The translations under genes and the position numbers were made by a program. The notes beneath the pieces are model-generated. The model searched no databases. It was not told the DNA's origin and saw only the letters and a program-made list of their open reading frames with translations. Source: Antedon mediterranea (lineage: Eukaryota > Animalia > Echinodermata). Taken from it: a stretch of 64,000 nt of DNA. Shown one piece after another: positions 11,899-24,748 of this stretch (position 1 is its first letter; the number at the start of each line of letters is the position of its first letter). The stretch lies in NCBI RefSeq assembly GCF_964355755.1, contig NC_092670.1:1354201-1418200 (forward strand). Reading direction: 5' to 3'.

Positions 11899-14574
11899 TA
11901 CTTTCATTTTTATTCCATGTTCATGCATGATCAATTCCATGTTTATATAGTATCTGCAACAAAACATCTAAATATATTGTGAATTTGTTTTATGTTACTT
12001 CTAGTTTTTTCTCAAAACTTGTTTTATTGCATGATGCAGCATCCAAGTCTATAAAGCCTAAAGATCTTAGTGAACATCTGTTTAAAAAAAATTGTTGTTG
12101 TAATAGTCAATGGAAGCTATCTCAATGCCAATATCTTTGTGAGCATGTGCAGATGTTTTGCTGTATTGGTTTGTTGTCTTCGGATGCTGCATTGTACAAC
12201 CAAACTATCAATAAGTACTCTAGCTAGTTCATCCTATTTTTTCTTTACTCAATGAAATATTTATACCCATATTACTATAAGATTACAATCATAAAGAAAT
12301 TAATATGGTGTTAATAATTACCAATATTATTCCTTTTTATAAATATCATTCATATAAAGACTGTTTTTGATCGAACCAATGTTTCTGGTATGAAAAACCA
12401 AGCACCCTTTAAAAAACAACTTCACTTTATTAAACAAAAACATTAACAGAAATGTTATCAAAGAATCCTGTTTTATTTATAAAATAATCGTTATTCAAAA
12501 GTTCACAAGTAATGCTCTGTCTACACTATCGTGGGCTTATAAAAGGTCCATGATCACAAATCACAATAAATATCCCAATAGCTTCATAAATTAATATTAA
12601 CTTAACATGATTATTGTTCATTACATAAACCCAATATATTATATTATGTTTATTTTTAATTCTGCATGTACTGTTTGTGTTTGTATGGTTTTGTTGATTT
12701 GTGTACTTGTTACAGACCAATCTATGAAGGTCATCACTTCTTAGCATACTATTACAGTATGGATGTGCTACTATAAACCCCTCAATTTGTAGTAATTTTC
12801 ATGCTTTATAGGTTTGGCTGTTGTCCTATGTTTAGCATCCATTAGGTTAAGCACCACACTTGTTATATATTATAGATAGTACTCTGGAAATGTATCCTTA
12901 AAAATTAGCTTTATCCTCCATCCAGCATGCTTTACCAAATATACCTGTGTGTTTCTATTAGACATTAAGAAATATAAGATTTTGGCCTTGTCTTTTGAAA
13001 ATGATAGCTGTGCTACAAATTGCACTCCTCAATACATTGAGGGGCTGCTGCTGTAGGTGTGCTGTTTGTATTTTGGTGTGTAGAAGTTTACCAAATTTAA
13101 GCGTGTTGTAAATCACACTCCTCAAGAGCAGTTTAGGAGTGATCACACTCCTCAAGAGCTCGCCTAAGTATGAAGATACTGTCCATACAAATAAAATAAA
13201 TACTTTTCTATATCTAAAAAAGTAGTTGTAGTTAAAAAAGTAAACCTTATCCTAACTCCATATTATTATAGCATTTATTATTGAGTATTAATCATCACTA
13301 TCACCTTTCTGTTGTAAATGTCTACATTGGTGTTTTGTTATAGATTTGTCGGATTCAAATATAACTATTTAAATAGGTTTGATTATGTATACAATGGTAA
13401 TCATGTATCAATATAAAATAATAAGCAAATTCAACATTTACGCTCTACAATGGCAAATTCTTTTGGCTGTGGCAGACTCATAAATTCAATACAAAAGGTA
13501 GACTAAATATTTAATAATGTGGCTCATAACCTGGGATTGTATTAGTGACTCACAGGTGTATGTAACTTATCCCATAGTTTATATTGTAAAACTCCTTTTA
13601 TCTGATATGTTGATATTTATTATGTGGCAGTTCACTTATTTTGTAAACAATGAGGATGTAAGAAAACAATATAGATTTTGAATGTCTTTTTCAGGACAAA
13701 ATCAAATGAACATCAATTCTAACCTTATACAATAGGCTAGAACACTACCAGCTGTTTCAATACCTTTTTTTCATAATAACTTTAAAAGTGAAGTGTTGAA
13801 ATTACTACAGTATAGTTTTTAAAGTGATCCTATTGAATAGTATTCATTACAATATAAGCCCATAGAAAGGCCCCAACAAAGTGTGAACATGATACAAGCA
13901 TAATACTATTTATCACATGTTCTTTTTGGACCAATTTCTGTGTCTCTCAATACTTTATTTTGATAATTTGTAAATACATTTAATTGGAGAAATTATTGTT
14001 TGGCTGCAATTATTCCATGGCAAAGCTTAGAGAAAGAAGTTGGTGCTATTGTTCTACTGGCAGTGTATATGATCCATGGTTTAATAATTTGCTACAATCA
14101 CACATTTGAAAGTTGGTTTACTGTGATATTTTTGTCTGTTTATCTTCTATAATTATTTGCTTATTTATTAAATTACTTTAAATGTATAAATAATAAACCT
14201 GATTAGTATTATTTATTGCTGAATAAATGTTAATTTAATGAATTTGTATTTCCAAAATCCATTTATTAAATGCCATTATGTGTAGGTAGGCCTACTTACA
14301 ATAGTTGTGCAAGAGTGCAAGCCGACTTTCAAACAACTGAGTTGAACTGAAACGAAGCAGTGTGTCAACATGGTTGCCTATGCTACATTTCCTTTCAGTT
14401 CTGGAAAATCATCAATTGCTCTTTTGTTAACATACTTTCTTTGAGTTATGGTAAATTCAGGTCACTTGCTTGGAGTGCTTATGGCAACACAGCTGAGATT
14501 AATGCTCACATAACTCCCATTTTTAGTTACCTACCAAGGAACATTAGATTAATTAACATGATGACCAGGATTCC

Positions 14575-14665
14575 ACAGTGCGGGCACCTACAGACATCTG
14601 GCAGTGAGAACCATCATAACATTCACATGTCCATAGTGGCCCGAGGACACCAAAGTAGTAACTGT
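14575..14665 (-). pseudogene. Decayed copy of part of the ankyrin exon of the PLAT/ankyrin gene
   Basis: accatcataacattcacatgtccat at 14610-14634 is identical to 29721-29745. Flanking blocks (acagt-cggg, acagacat, tggcagt) are collinear but contain indels. Confidence 0.65.
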
Positions 14666-14729
14666 TTGTATAGTTTGGTAAAGATTTTTAAATATGGGAT
14701 CCTGTGGCCATATTCACCATTCACACTTA

Positions 14730-14900
14730 AGCGTGGTTCCCACTAGCGACGCAACGCAAGGACGTAACGCAACGCAAGTGAATTGACCAATCACAAGCGA
14801 TGGCTTATTCGCTTGTGATTGCTAACTGTCTATAACTTCGCTTGTCATTGGTTAAAACGCTTGCGTTGCGTTTACGTCTTTGCGTTACGTGAACCAAGCT
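14730..14900. mobile_element. Palindromic MITE
   Basis: Ends agcgtggttc / gaaccaagct, with internal inverted blocks cgcaacgcaag / cttgcgttgcg and ccaatcacaagcga / tcgcttgtgattg. Confidence 0.7.
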
Positions 14901-16142
14901 TTTGCCTAAGGGAAACAAGGCCATATACATGGCTGCAGTCACATGCTTATGTCGGTGTTTACCGACCAACCGACTGACAAAGTGAGCTGTAGTTATTAAG
15001 TAAAATACTTAATATTTAAGGGAAATATATTGCATAAGTGTGATTGGTCAATACGGCCACTGGTCCAGAGTGCCTCCAAAATTTAATGGAGTCTATGTGG
15101 TTAAGCGCTAACAAAAAAAAACACCCACAAAGCAATAAATATTACAAACAAAAATACAAAATCCTGTCCAATGGACTTTTATTGAATTACAACAAAACCA
15201 AATTCCATAAACCCACCACTTGTTAAAAAAAACTACAGTACCATGGCAACCTAACTATAAAGCCTGTACAAATTAACATTTAGGCACTTTGAGCACAAAC
15301 AGTAAATTACAATTACAGTATTTTTAAATGTACTAAATACATTGGACATTATTATAATGATAATTATTTTAAATGGAAAATAAACTCACTTTTGGCTATG
15401 AAGTTTAGAAATGAATATAAAGTGTGTAACTAAAAACATTACAAAAACAATGTAGCCTACAATCAGAAATTTGCATTTTTTTGGACAATACATTGAGGTT
15501 GAACATCGGCTGATGTTAAAGCAAAATGACAATCAGTAGACACATACTTTATATTAATCATCTGAACTTTTTTTAGAGAAAAAGTGTAATTCAACATTTT
15601 TTTTGGCAGTGGTCACATAGGAACTTCCCATACAGTTTGACCTGACAGTTGTGATTGTCAGTAAATTTTAAAAATTCCTTCTTGGTTTATCTACAGAGTA
15701 TACTACATGGTTTAGGTCATGTTTTAAGATTTAATATTAACATGTCCTAGTTTTCTATTAAACATTAGTCAGTATGAGTTATACCCTGTCGTACCCCATA
15801 TGAATGACATGCCCCGACCTGACCTTTCAAGTCAATGCTAATAGTATTTATTTCAATACCTTTGATGTTAAGTATTAAGTATATTTATTCCATTTATTTA
15901 TTCAACTTTGTTTTACAATGGTAGCTCTCAAAGCTGTACTACAGCAGTACAGCTGACTTGAAGTATTCATTTTGTTATGACTGTTGTATTTGGAGTTGTG
16001 CAACATTGTCTTTTTGTTTGTTTGCTGATTTAAATGTTTATTTGCTGTTAATGGTATCATAATTTTCATGAATGATTTATTGTTTGTACACCATCAAATA
16101 ACTCTTCTATCATAGAAGAACGATCAGTATTAGCTTTGCCAT

Positions 16143-19100
16143 TTAGTCGTCATAGAAAATATTGTCAAATAGTACTATAGTTCCTCTATCTGTACATTCT
16201 CTGGTCATATAATTCATTACATCATCTGATAGGTTGCAATTATTCATTTCCAGCTTCATCAGTTTTGGAGACATAATCAGAGACCATAATAAAGTATCAT
16301 CAATGTTTCTCAAATCATTATCACTTAAATAGAGACTTTGTAATTGAACTTCTCCATTTGAACACTCTCTGGCCATGTCATTCATTACATCACCTGATAA
16401 ATTGCAGTTACGCATTTCAAGCTTCCAGAGCTCGGAAAATAAATTTAACAAAGAACCGAGCAAAGTACCATCTATGTTGCTAAGATTATTACCACTAATA
16501 TTGAGCCATTCTAAGGCTAATCCACAATATGAACACTTGATTACATCACTTGGTAGAATGCAATTATTATGCATTACAATTTTATCATTTAGCTTAAAGG
16601 ACAAAATCATTAAGGAGCCCATGTTTATCATGTGATTGATTACATCACCTGATAGATTGCAATTTTGCATTACCAACTTCTTTAGCTTAGGAGACATATT
16701 CAGTAAAGAACCAAGTAAAGTACCATCAATGTTGCTGAGATTATTACCACTGATATTGAGGCCCAATAATGGTAATTGAACTCTTCTATTTGAACACTCT
16801 TTAATCATGTAGTTCACTGTATCATCTGATAGATTGCAATTACACATTTCAAGCATACTTAGCTCAGAAAACAAAATGAATAAAGAACTCAGTAGAGAAC
16901 CATCAATGGTGCTGAGATTATTATCACTGATAAACAGGTCAGCTATTCGTAATTGAACTCCTCTATTCAAACACGCTCTGATCATATCATTCAATACATT
17001 ACCTGATAGCTTGCAATTATTCATTTTAAGTACTCTTAGCTCAGAAAAGACACTTAATAAAGAACTTAGTAAAGAACCATCAATGGCGCTGAGATTATTA
17101 TCACTGATAAACAGGTCAGCTAATGCTAATTGAACTCCTCTGTTAGAATACTCTTTGATCATATCATTCATTACATCACCTGATAGCTTGCAATTATTCA
17201 TTTTAAGTACTCTTAGCTCAGAAAAGACACTTAATAAAGAACTTAGTAAAGAACCATCAATGATGCTGAGATTATTATCACTGATTAACAGGCTAGCTAA
17301 TGGTAATTGAACTCCACTATTCAAGCACTCTTTGATCATATCATTCATTACATCACCTGATAGCTTGCAATTATTCATTTTAAATTTCTTTAGCTCAGGT
17401 GACAAAATGAACAAAGAACCCAGTAAAGAACCATCAACATTGCTGAGATTATTATCATTGATTCTTAGCTGTTCTAATGCTAATTGAACTCCTCTATTTG
17501 AACACTCTCTGATCATGTCATTGAATACATCACCTGATAAATTACAGTTACTCATTTTAAGCCAACACATTATAGGAGACATAATCATCAAAGAACCCAG
17601 TAAAGAACCATCAACATTGCTGAGATTATTATCATTGATTCTTAGTTGTTCTAATGCTAATTTAACTCCTTTATTTGAACACTCTCTGATCATGTCATTG
17701 ACTGCATCACCTGATAAATTGCAGTTACTCATTTCAAGCCAATACATCCTAGGAGACATAATCATCAAAGAACCCAGTAAAGTACCATCAATGCTGTCCA
17801 AATTATTGTTGGAGATATTGAGCACCTGTAATACTAACTGACCACCTCTATTTGAACACTCTTTAATCATGTCATTCATTATGTGGCCTGATTGATTTTT
17901 AATCATAACATTGTCACAACTTGAATCAATGCTCAAAAGGTGTGCAATTACTCTTCCTTTGCCATCTAATGCCATATTACTACAAAATGTAGATAACATA
18001 TCATCATTATATTCCATAGAATGAAGTTTCCTAATTAGATGTATGAAATGAACATCATAATGTGTACAGGCCCGTATGCAGCATTTATAATGGGGGGGTG
18101 CGAGCGAAGCGAGCAACAATGGCTGGGGGCCAGGGGGCCGCCAAGGGCCCCCGTGGAAAAATTTGCGTTATTTGACGTTCTAAAGACTGATGTAAGACTC
18201 TCTGTTGTGGCTTGGGCTAGTTGAACGATGGACACCAGAACTTAACGCTTTCATGATGAGGCCAACTCAGCAGGGGTGGCGCCAGGATCTTCCCGACGCG
18301 GGGGCTACATTCCCCGACGAGGGGGCTATGCGAGCGAAGCGAGCATCACTAGGCTGAGGGCCAGGGGCCGCCAAGGGCCCCCGGTGGGGGTCCAGGGGGC
18401 GAGGCCCCCGGAAGCAACGCGTTCTAGCGTCATTTGAGGTCTTTTTAATCAGATTTAGGGTAGCCATTTTTTCCATTTTTTATAATGCATAAATAAAATA
18501 CTGCGTGCAAAAAAACGATGCGCGATGACGGTTTCAATCCATATTTTTCAATTTAAAAAATAAAAGTTCAAAGAAAATTTTGAAAAATAGAGTTGGAGGT
18601 CCCGGAAATTGGACTTATTATACTTCAAAACATGAACAAAAAATATATAAGTCCCTATCATGGGTTGTGACTGAGCTAAGAAATGTTTGAAAAATAGAGA
18701 TGTTAGGTCCCGGAAAATGTACTTCTTGTTCTTCGAAATATGACCAGCTTTATTGTTGGGGCTGAGCTAAGAAAATGTTTAAAACTAGAGCTGCAGGTCT
18801 TCAAAAAATTGCATTTTATACTTTGGAAACATCAGGCCTAGAGGCTTAAAAAACGCAAGCGTAGACCTTTTTCAGTCGGGGAAAAAAGTTTATTCCTCCC
18901 AGGTGTATGCATGCGTACCATCTGGACTTCCGAGTGGTGAGAAATTCATGACATACAGGATATTGAAATGTAATAACTATAGCTATAATGTTGGCTAAGC
19001 GAAAATGGCATGTTTTTTTGTTTAGTAATGGATGAAAAATTTATTTTAGGTGCCCCACGGTACAGAAGGTTACTTGTAAATTAAAAAATTGGTGAACAAA

Positions 19101-22100
19101 CGAACAATTAACATAATTCGTTTTTGCTGTAGTGTAGCGTACGTCGACGCAGTACACGACGTAACCGTCGGTAAACTTCGCCTGGAAAATAACACATTAC
19201 ACATTTTGGTCCCTGGATGAAACTTGATATCACGCGTCTCGACCCAACGTTGAACGATTCGTACAAAGGGATACCGCCAGACAAGTGCGTACCTAGCTAT
19301 TGTTTGGTAGTAAGTTAGATCGCTGGCAATAATGAATGCATATAAAGTGCATAATATCACTCTGACGTACTCTCACGGTCAATGAAACGTCACGGTTTTC
19401 TAGGCGCTGAAGCTAGCTACGAAGTGAACGCGAACGCTTTTACTGTATATTATATTCCCCCACAAAAAGTACACGTGTTTTCCCTGACGTTAAATTGTCT
19501 GTATTTCTCCAGCAAACACTTTACCGCGTACCGCGTACATGAAGCGCTAAGCTATTGCTTGTCGTCACATGATCGACTGCGCATGTTTTACATCGAGTTT
19601 GTAGTCAGTTCAGATTCCGTAATTTAATTACCGGTATTTTTTCATTTTATATTAGCATATTTTTGTTTGTATACCATTGATAATGTAAATTTTGTGTATA
19701 TATAATGATATTGTCTTTAGTTAAACAAGACAAGAAAAAATACCAACCGAGGAAATAGTGGACCTTTTGGGACTTGGGGGGGGGGGGGGTGCGTCTGCAC
19801 CCAACGCACCCCCCCTGGATACGGGCCTGGTGTATCTTCAGGACTAATAAACATTCGTATGGAGGCAGATATATTGTCAATATGTTGATGTAGTTTAGTA
19901 CATTTCATTTTAGCAATTAGTGTTTTGAGTACAGCATCCTCATGCTGTTTTTTAACAAACTCCAAATTTCTTGGTAGTGAGCGATATTTTGATATATTAT
20001 TTGTAATCCAATGATTTAAAAATATACCAGCTTTATCACCAAGAAAACCAACTGCAAACTCTCTTACAATTGCTAAGTGCTCACTTTCCCTTATTTCGTC
20101 CCATTCATTATCATTCAATGGTGTAAGTAATCGTGTTACACATTCAATACATTCATTTTCCATACCTTCATTTTCACATAATTTGGACAAGTAAAATCCT
20201 ACCAATGACTCTACTATCAACTTGTGCGGAGGCATGTAAATGCTGTCAAAGTTAGATTTTGAAATTGGTGCCTCTTCATAAACAAATCCAAGTTTTAAGG
20301 CTAGGTCAACTATATCTTTGTTATCTTTCAAATCACGTTTGTCTATTGAAAGTTGATTTACTTTCAAGCTCTTATACATGTATTTTCCTAACAAAATCAT
20401 AGCCTTTACATACTCCTCTGGAGCATCTTCAAGTTTAGAAATCTTTCTGTATTTTTCTTGTTTTTTGTTAAACTGATTTAAAATACAGCGAAATATTTCT
20501 TTGAAAAGGTCGGCTTTATTATGAGGAAGACTTTGATTTTCTTCCCAAAGAAGGCAGATTAAGAGGAGCAACATTGGATTTCTGCACATTGAGTATACAT
20601 CTGTATTTGGCAAAGTATACCTATCAATCCCCAATTCATCTATAAGAGATGTTCCCAATTCCGGTTTTCTAAAATAACTGAAGTGTTTGACAATATACTC
20701 TTTTATGCTCTGGCTATCAAACCCTTTAACTTTTACATGTACATTACACTTGTTAATGAATTCATCTATGTTCTCGGATCGTGATGTAAGTATCACAGTA
20801 CTCTTTGGTAGTATTTCCTTTGTAAACAGGCAAATTAAGCTCTTGTTACTAAATCTTAATTCATCTAACCCATCTAATAACAACACAATTTTATCATCGT
20901 GTATCAGTAGAAAATCTACTAAAGAATCTTTTGAAAGTTTTGTATGTCTACTAAAATCTTTCATATCCGTTTGTTTTTCGATGAGATCTAAAATGTCATC
21001 ATCTTTTTCTAAATCTCTTATATTTAAAAGAAATACTATTTTACCTTCAAAAAGTATTTTGCCAGTAGCCCAGTTTGATGCTAACCGTCTTAAAATAGTA
21101 GTTTTCCCAATACCACCCTGGCCCTCTATAAGTGTTTTACAATTTGGTGTTGATTTGATAATATCTGCAACATCTTGTAATGTTGTTGGTTTTGCTTCTT
21201 TTTTATCATTTTCTTTGAGTAGTTCCAAATCGGTAAACATCTGTGAAATGTCAACTTTGTATCTAGCTCTCATTATAGCTGGTGTAAATTGACTGGCCTC
21301 TTTGCACAATACGTTCTGTCTTTTAAGCAAATATTCTTCTATCTTTTCTAAATACAAAGAAATATATTTAATTGTAAATATCTATAAAAAATTTACCATA
21401 TATAAAACTGTGATTAATAACTTTTAATCAAATTTATGTATATCTATGTATAAGTGTTTTTATTTTTACTCAGAATGAATATGCAGTATTTCATTAAGTA
21501 GTACATTGTAATATCATCATTTAAATTGAAAATTATATTAAATATAATTTTTTTACATTTTCAACAATTTTTTTAATGTTACTTTATAGAGAGTCACAAT
21601 ATAAAAATGTTCAAACTAGTCACTAGGACAGATTAGATACACGCAGACATACAAGACACAAAGAACCTTGATAATTTACAGTAAACTGATAGAAGGAGAG
21701 GCCATCCTGCATTCTTTTTTACCACAGCTCTCCAAAACTGTCAACTTATACAATAGCTCACTACACTCATTCATCATCCTAATGAAATGTTTTGACTGTA
21801 AGCTCTAATAATCATTCTATTGATTTGGACACCAAAATCCAAAAGGTTAAGGTTTAAATCTATTTTAAATGTTTTATTTCTTTTTTAAAAAACATTCTTG
21901 AATTTAATTCAAATTGAATTGTAAAATTGGTAAATGTATATATGCAAACGTATTACTCACCTGTGTCTGAATTAAGGTCTTTTTGCAAGCTTTGTTCTTC
22001 TTCACTCTTGGTCAAGATATTCTTTTTAGACACACAGATAGTTTCCAATTCAACTGTGTAATAAATAAAGAAAACTGATTTTGAAAAGTTGTTCATTATC

Positions 22101-24748
22101 ATTCATCATAATGTTCTTCACATTAATCTGTCTAGTTTAATCTGTGAAACAAGAAGGTTATTGTTTGGACCATGAGCGCTTATTTTTTTATGCAGTCAAT
22201 TTCAATTACGGTGGGGAAAGCGAAAAAAGCAACAAAAAAAAAACAGTAAAACAATAGGGCATAGATGTACAATTGTTATTTCAAACATACGTTGATTTAT
22301 CAGCTTTTGACTTAAATCTTCTTCCCAAACATTGATCTCTTGAAATGCTTCCAAACAGGGTGGTATTACAGCATCTCTGGTTAATTTCACTGGAATCACC
22401 TTTGCCTGATCTAATGTGTTGTTGTCTAACATTTTCTGAATAGCTGTTGCCACAACATACTTGACCTGGTCATTCATGGATTCTGGTCCAAATCCCACTA
22501 CAACTTTCCTGCATTGGTGCATAAGTTTAATCATACTTTCGATTTTAAGTTGTCCAGGTTTCCCATCTTTTCTTGTGACACATGTAACGTTTGGTTTTAT
22601 TCTTTGTAGATCTTGTAAAACTTTATTTTCCCACTCTTTATTTTCGCTTATTATATAAAAATCATAGTTATTCACTGAAATTCAAAAATTCGCTTGGATC
22701 AGTATCTATGCCAATTCATTTCATTTCAAGATGAAAACGTTGGATTAATGGAATAAAAAAGAATGATAAATGAATAATTTAAATTTGTTGATTTGGCTGA
22801 CCATTTACTTCAATTCAACCTCGCCTCTTTAACAGTGTTATCAATCTTTTACCTCATGAAAATATTCTTCCCATCCAACTTGTAAACATTCATTATTTGT
22901 AATTATTATGCCACAAATTAGCAACTATAAATGTTGGTGTACAGCATTATCAATTCAATTATATTTATTATAAATATTATCAACACAGAAACTGAAAGTG
23001 TCTATTTTATAACATGCATAGATAGTAGGCCTACATTTGCAAATAACTTGCCTGCTTTTGTTTCAACACATTTTTGAAATTCTTGCTCTTTTTTTCTACT
23101 TGTCAGAACATCATCTTGTGTTGCTGAACAGTGGTCCTCTGATTTCTCTGTTTCTAAGATTAATAACCAAAAAATAAAATTGTCTATCGCATGACCTGGT
23201 CAATCTAAAGTAGCCTTCCATTTAAACACCAGTGAGGGGTCTATAAATGTTTGTTTTAATTCAATTAAAAATAATATTTTCTAATATTAAAATGATACAT
23301 TGTCATTTCTGAATTAGCTCACCTGTTTCAACACATTTCTGCAATCCTTCTTCATGACTTATTGGCACTTCTTCTGAGGATGAACAACAGTCCTTTGATT
23401 TCTCTGTTAATAATAACCAGCATTATTACTATTACTATTATGTTTACTATATCTTATCTACTGTCACACATCCTGTTTTTAATTATTTATATACAGGTTG
23501 TATTTCTTTTAATACCGGGTAAACTCTTCTGTACAAAAACTGGTCATTACAGTGAAAAATAAACATGGTCAAGATTACCATTAAAACTAAATCTAGTAGT
23601 AGAGGTCCCAAAAAACGGTTACACTACCCCTGATACTGATACTATTTTTAAGCTGGCAAATAAGAAAAACTTTTAAGATACAAGATAAAATTGTGAAAAT
23701 GCCTGTATTGTGAAGAATGAAGGAAGATTTACACTGTGGTTTTACTTTACCATAGATCTTGATAATCTGTTGGCATATATCTCCTTCCCAACCATTTAAC
23801 ACTTGTAATGTTTCCAGTGCTTGTGGTACCACAGCATCATTGGTTATTTTTACAGCAAGTAATCTTTTTTGTTGAAGTGTGTTGTTATCCAACAGTTTCT
23901 CAATAGCTCCTACTGCACTAAACTTGTCCTCTGATAAATGCCATGTAAACCCAACTATAATCATCTTGCATCTACTCATCGGTTCTATCAAATATTTCAT
24001 TTTAAATTTTCCATTTTTTCTCTTTCTGCTTAGACATTTCACTTCTGGGTTTTCATTTTGAAGGTCTTGTAAAGTTTTCTTTTCCCACTCTCTATCATTA
24101 CTTATGATGTAAAAATCATAGTCATGTTCTGAAAGAATCATTTAAGATATATTGTCCCCCAAAAACATGAAAAATGGAGATAAATACAATCAGACTTTAG
24201 TAAATAGGCCATTTTGCAGTTTAATAAAGTTATTCACTTCTGTAAAAAAAAAACCCAAAGCAATAGGATTTCACTTATAAAAAGACAAAAGAAACGGTTA
24301 TTTTTAACCATAAACCTTCTTTTTTGCTTTAAATTACATTTTTTAAGGTAAACAATTTTTTCTGATCCAGTTTTTTGTGAAAGTGAATACATATTACATG
24401 ACATTAAAATGGCATATTTTTAGGGGGGGGGGGGGGGACAATATAATCTTATATATTGTTGTCTTTCTGAAATAATTTGTTTAAATGTTTTTGTTGAATA
24501 TACCATTTTATTGTCACATAATATTTATTCACTTTAACCCAAAATTGGATTGAAAAAAAATGAAATGTAACCGTTTATTTATTTCTTTTTATAAGTGAAA
24601 ACATGCTTTTTAAAATTTTTGTAAAAAACTTGGTTAAGAAGCTGCAAAATTGCCTATGCAATGTCTTCTTTTATTAATAATTCATATTCGTTTCTTATTC
24701 ATAAAGACTTGATATTCCTTTTTTAAATACTATACCTGATTCTGCCAT
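16143..24748 (-). CDS. NLR-type receptor: TIR-like, TIR-like, NACHT, LRR; interrupted by a transposon in this haplotype
   Basis: Exons 24748-24736 (MAES), 24128-23751, 23403-23323, 23153-23052, 22674-22291, 22053-21961 and 21347-16143, all with phase-1 junctions. NACHT motifs: Walker A LIEGQGGIGKTT, Walker B IVLLLDGLDEL, VILTSR, NPMLL, HKLIVESL. The C-terminus has ~56-aa RI-like LRR units (LxxLxISDNNLS...LxxLxMNNCKLS). About 1495 aa without the insertion, 893 aa with it. Confidence 0.85.
18067..19829. mobile_element. Non-autonomous DNA transposon with 15-bp TIRs and a 5-bp TSD (hAT5-like)
   Basis: TIRs CAGGCCCGTATGCAG / CTGGATACGGGCCTG (14/15). GTGTA is duplicated at 18062-18066 and 19830-19834. 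The subtermini are GC-rich and there is no transposase ORF. Confidence 0.9.
24145..24449. mobile_element. MITE with (a)gatatattgtcccc / ggggacaatatatct ends next to TTAA (Kolobok-like)
   Basis: The terminal inverted repeats are visible. Related copies sharing internal aagttattcacttc...ttataaaaagacaaaa or its reverse complement lie at ~2113-2355, ~3320-3625, ~24450-24700 (inverted) and ~41860-42074, the last followed by TTAA. Confidence 0.6.

Noticed and set aside
19817-19822. GTATCC in the transposon end as a U12-type donor
   Set aside because: It is followed by AGG rather than TT/TY, and I found no matching U12 branch site.
20687-21292. 201-aa plus-strand ORF, and similar ORFs at 16375, 17515 and 58344
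   Set aside because: They are antisense shadows of real minus-strand coding exons.
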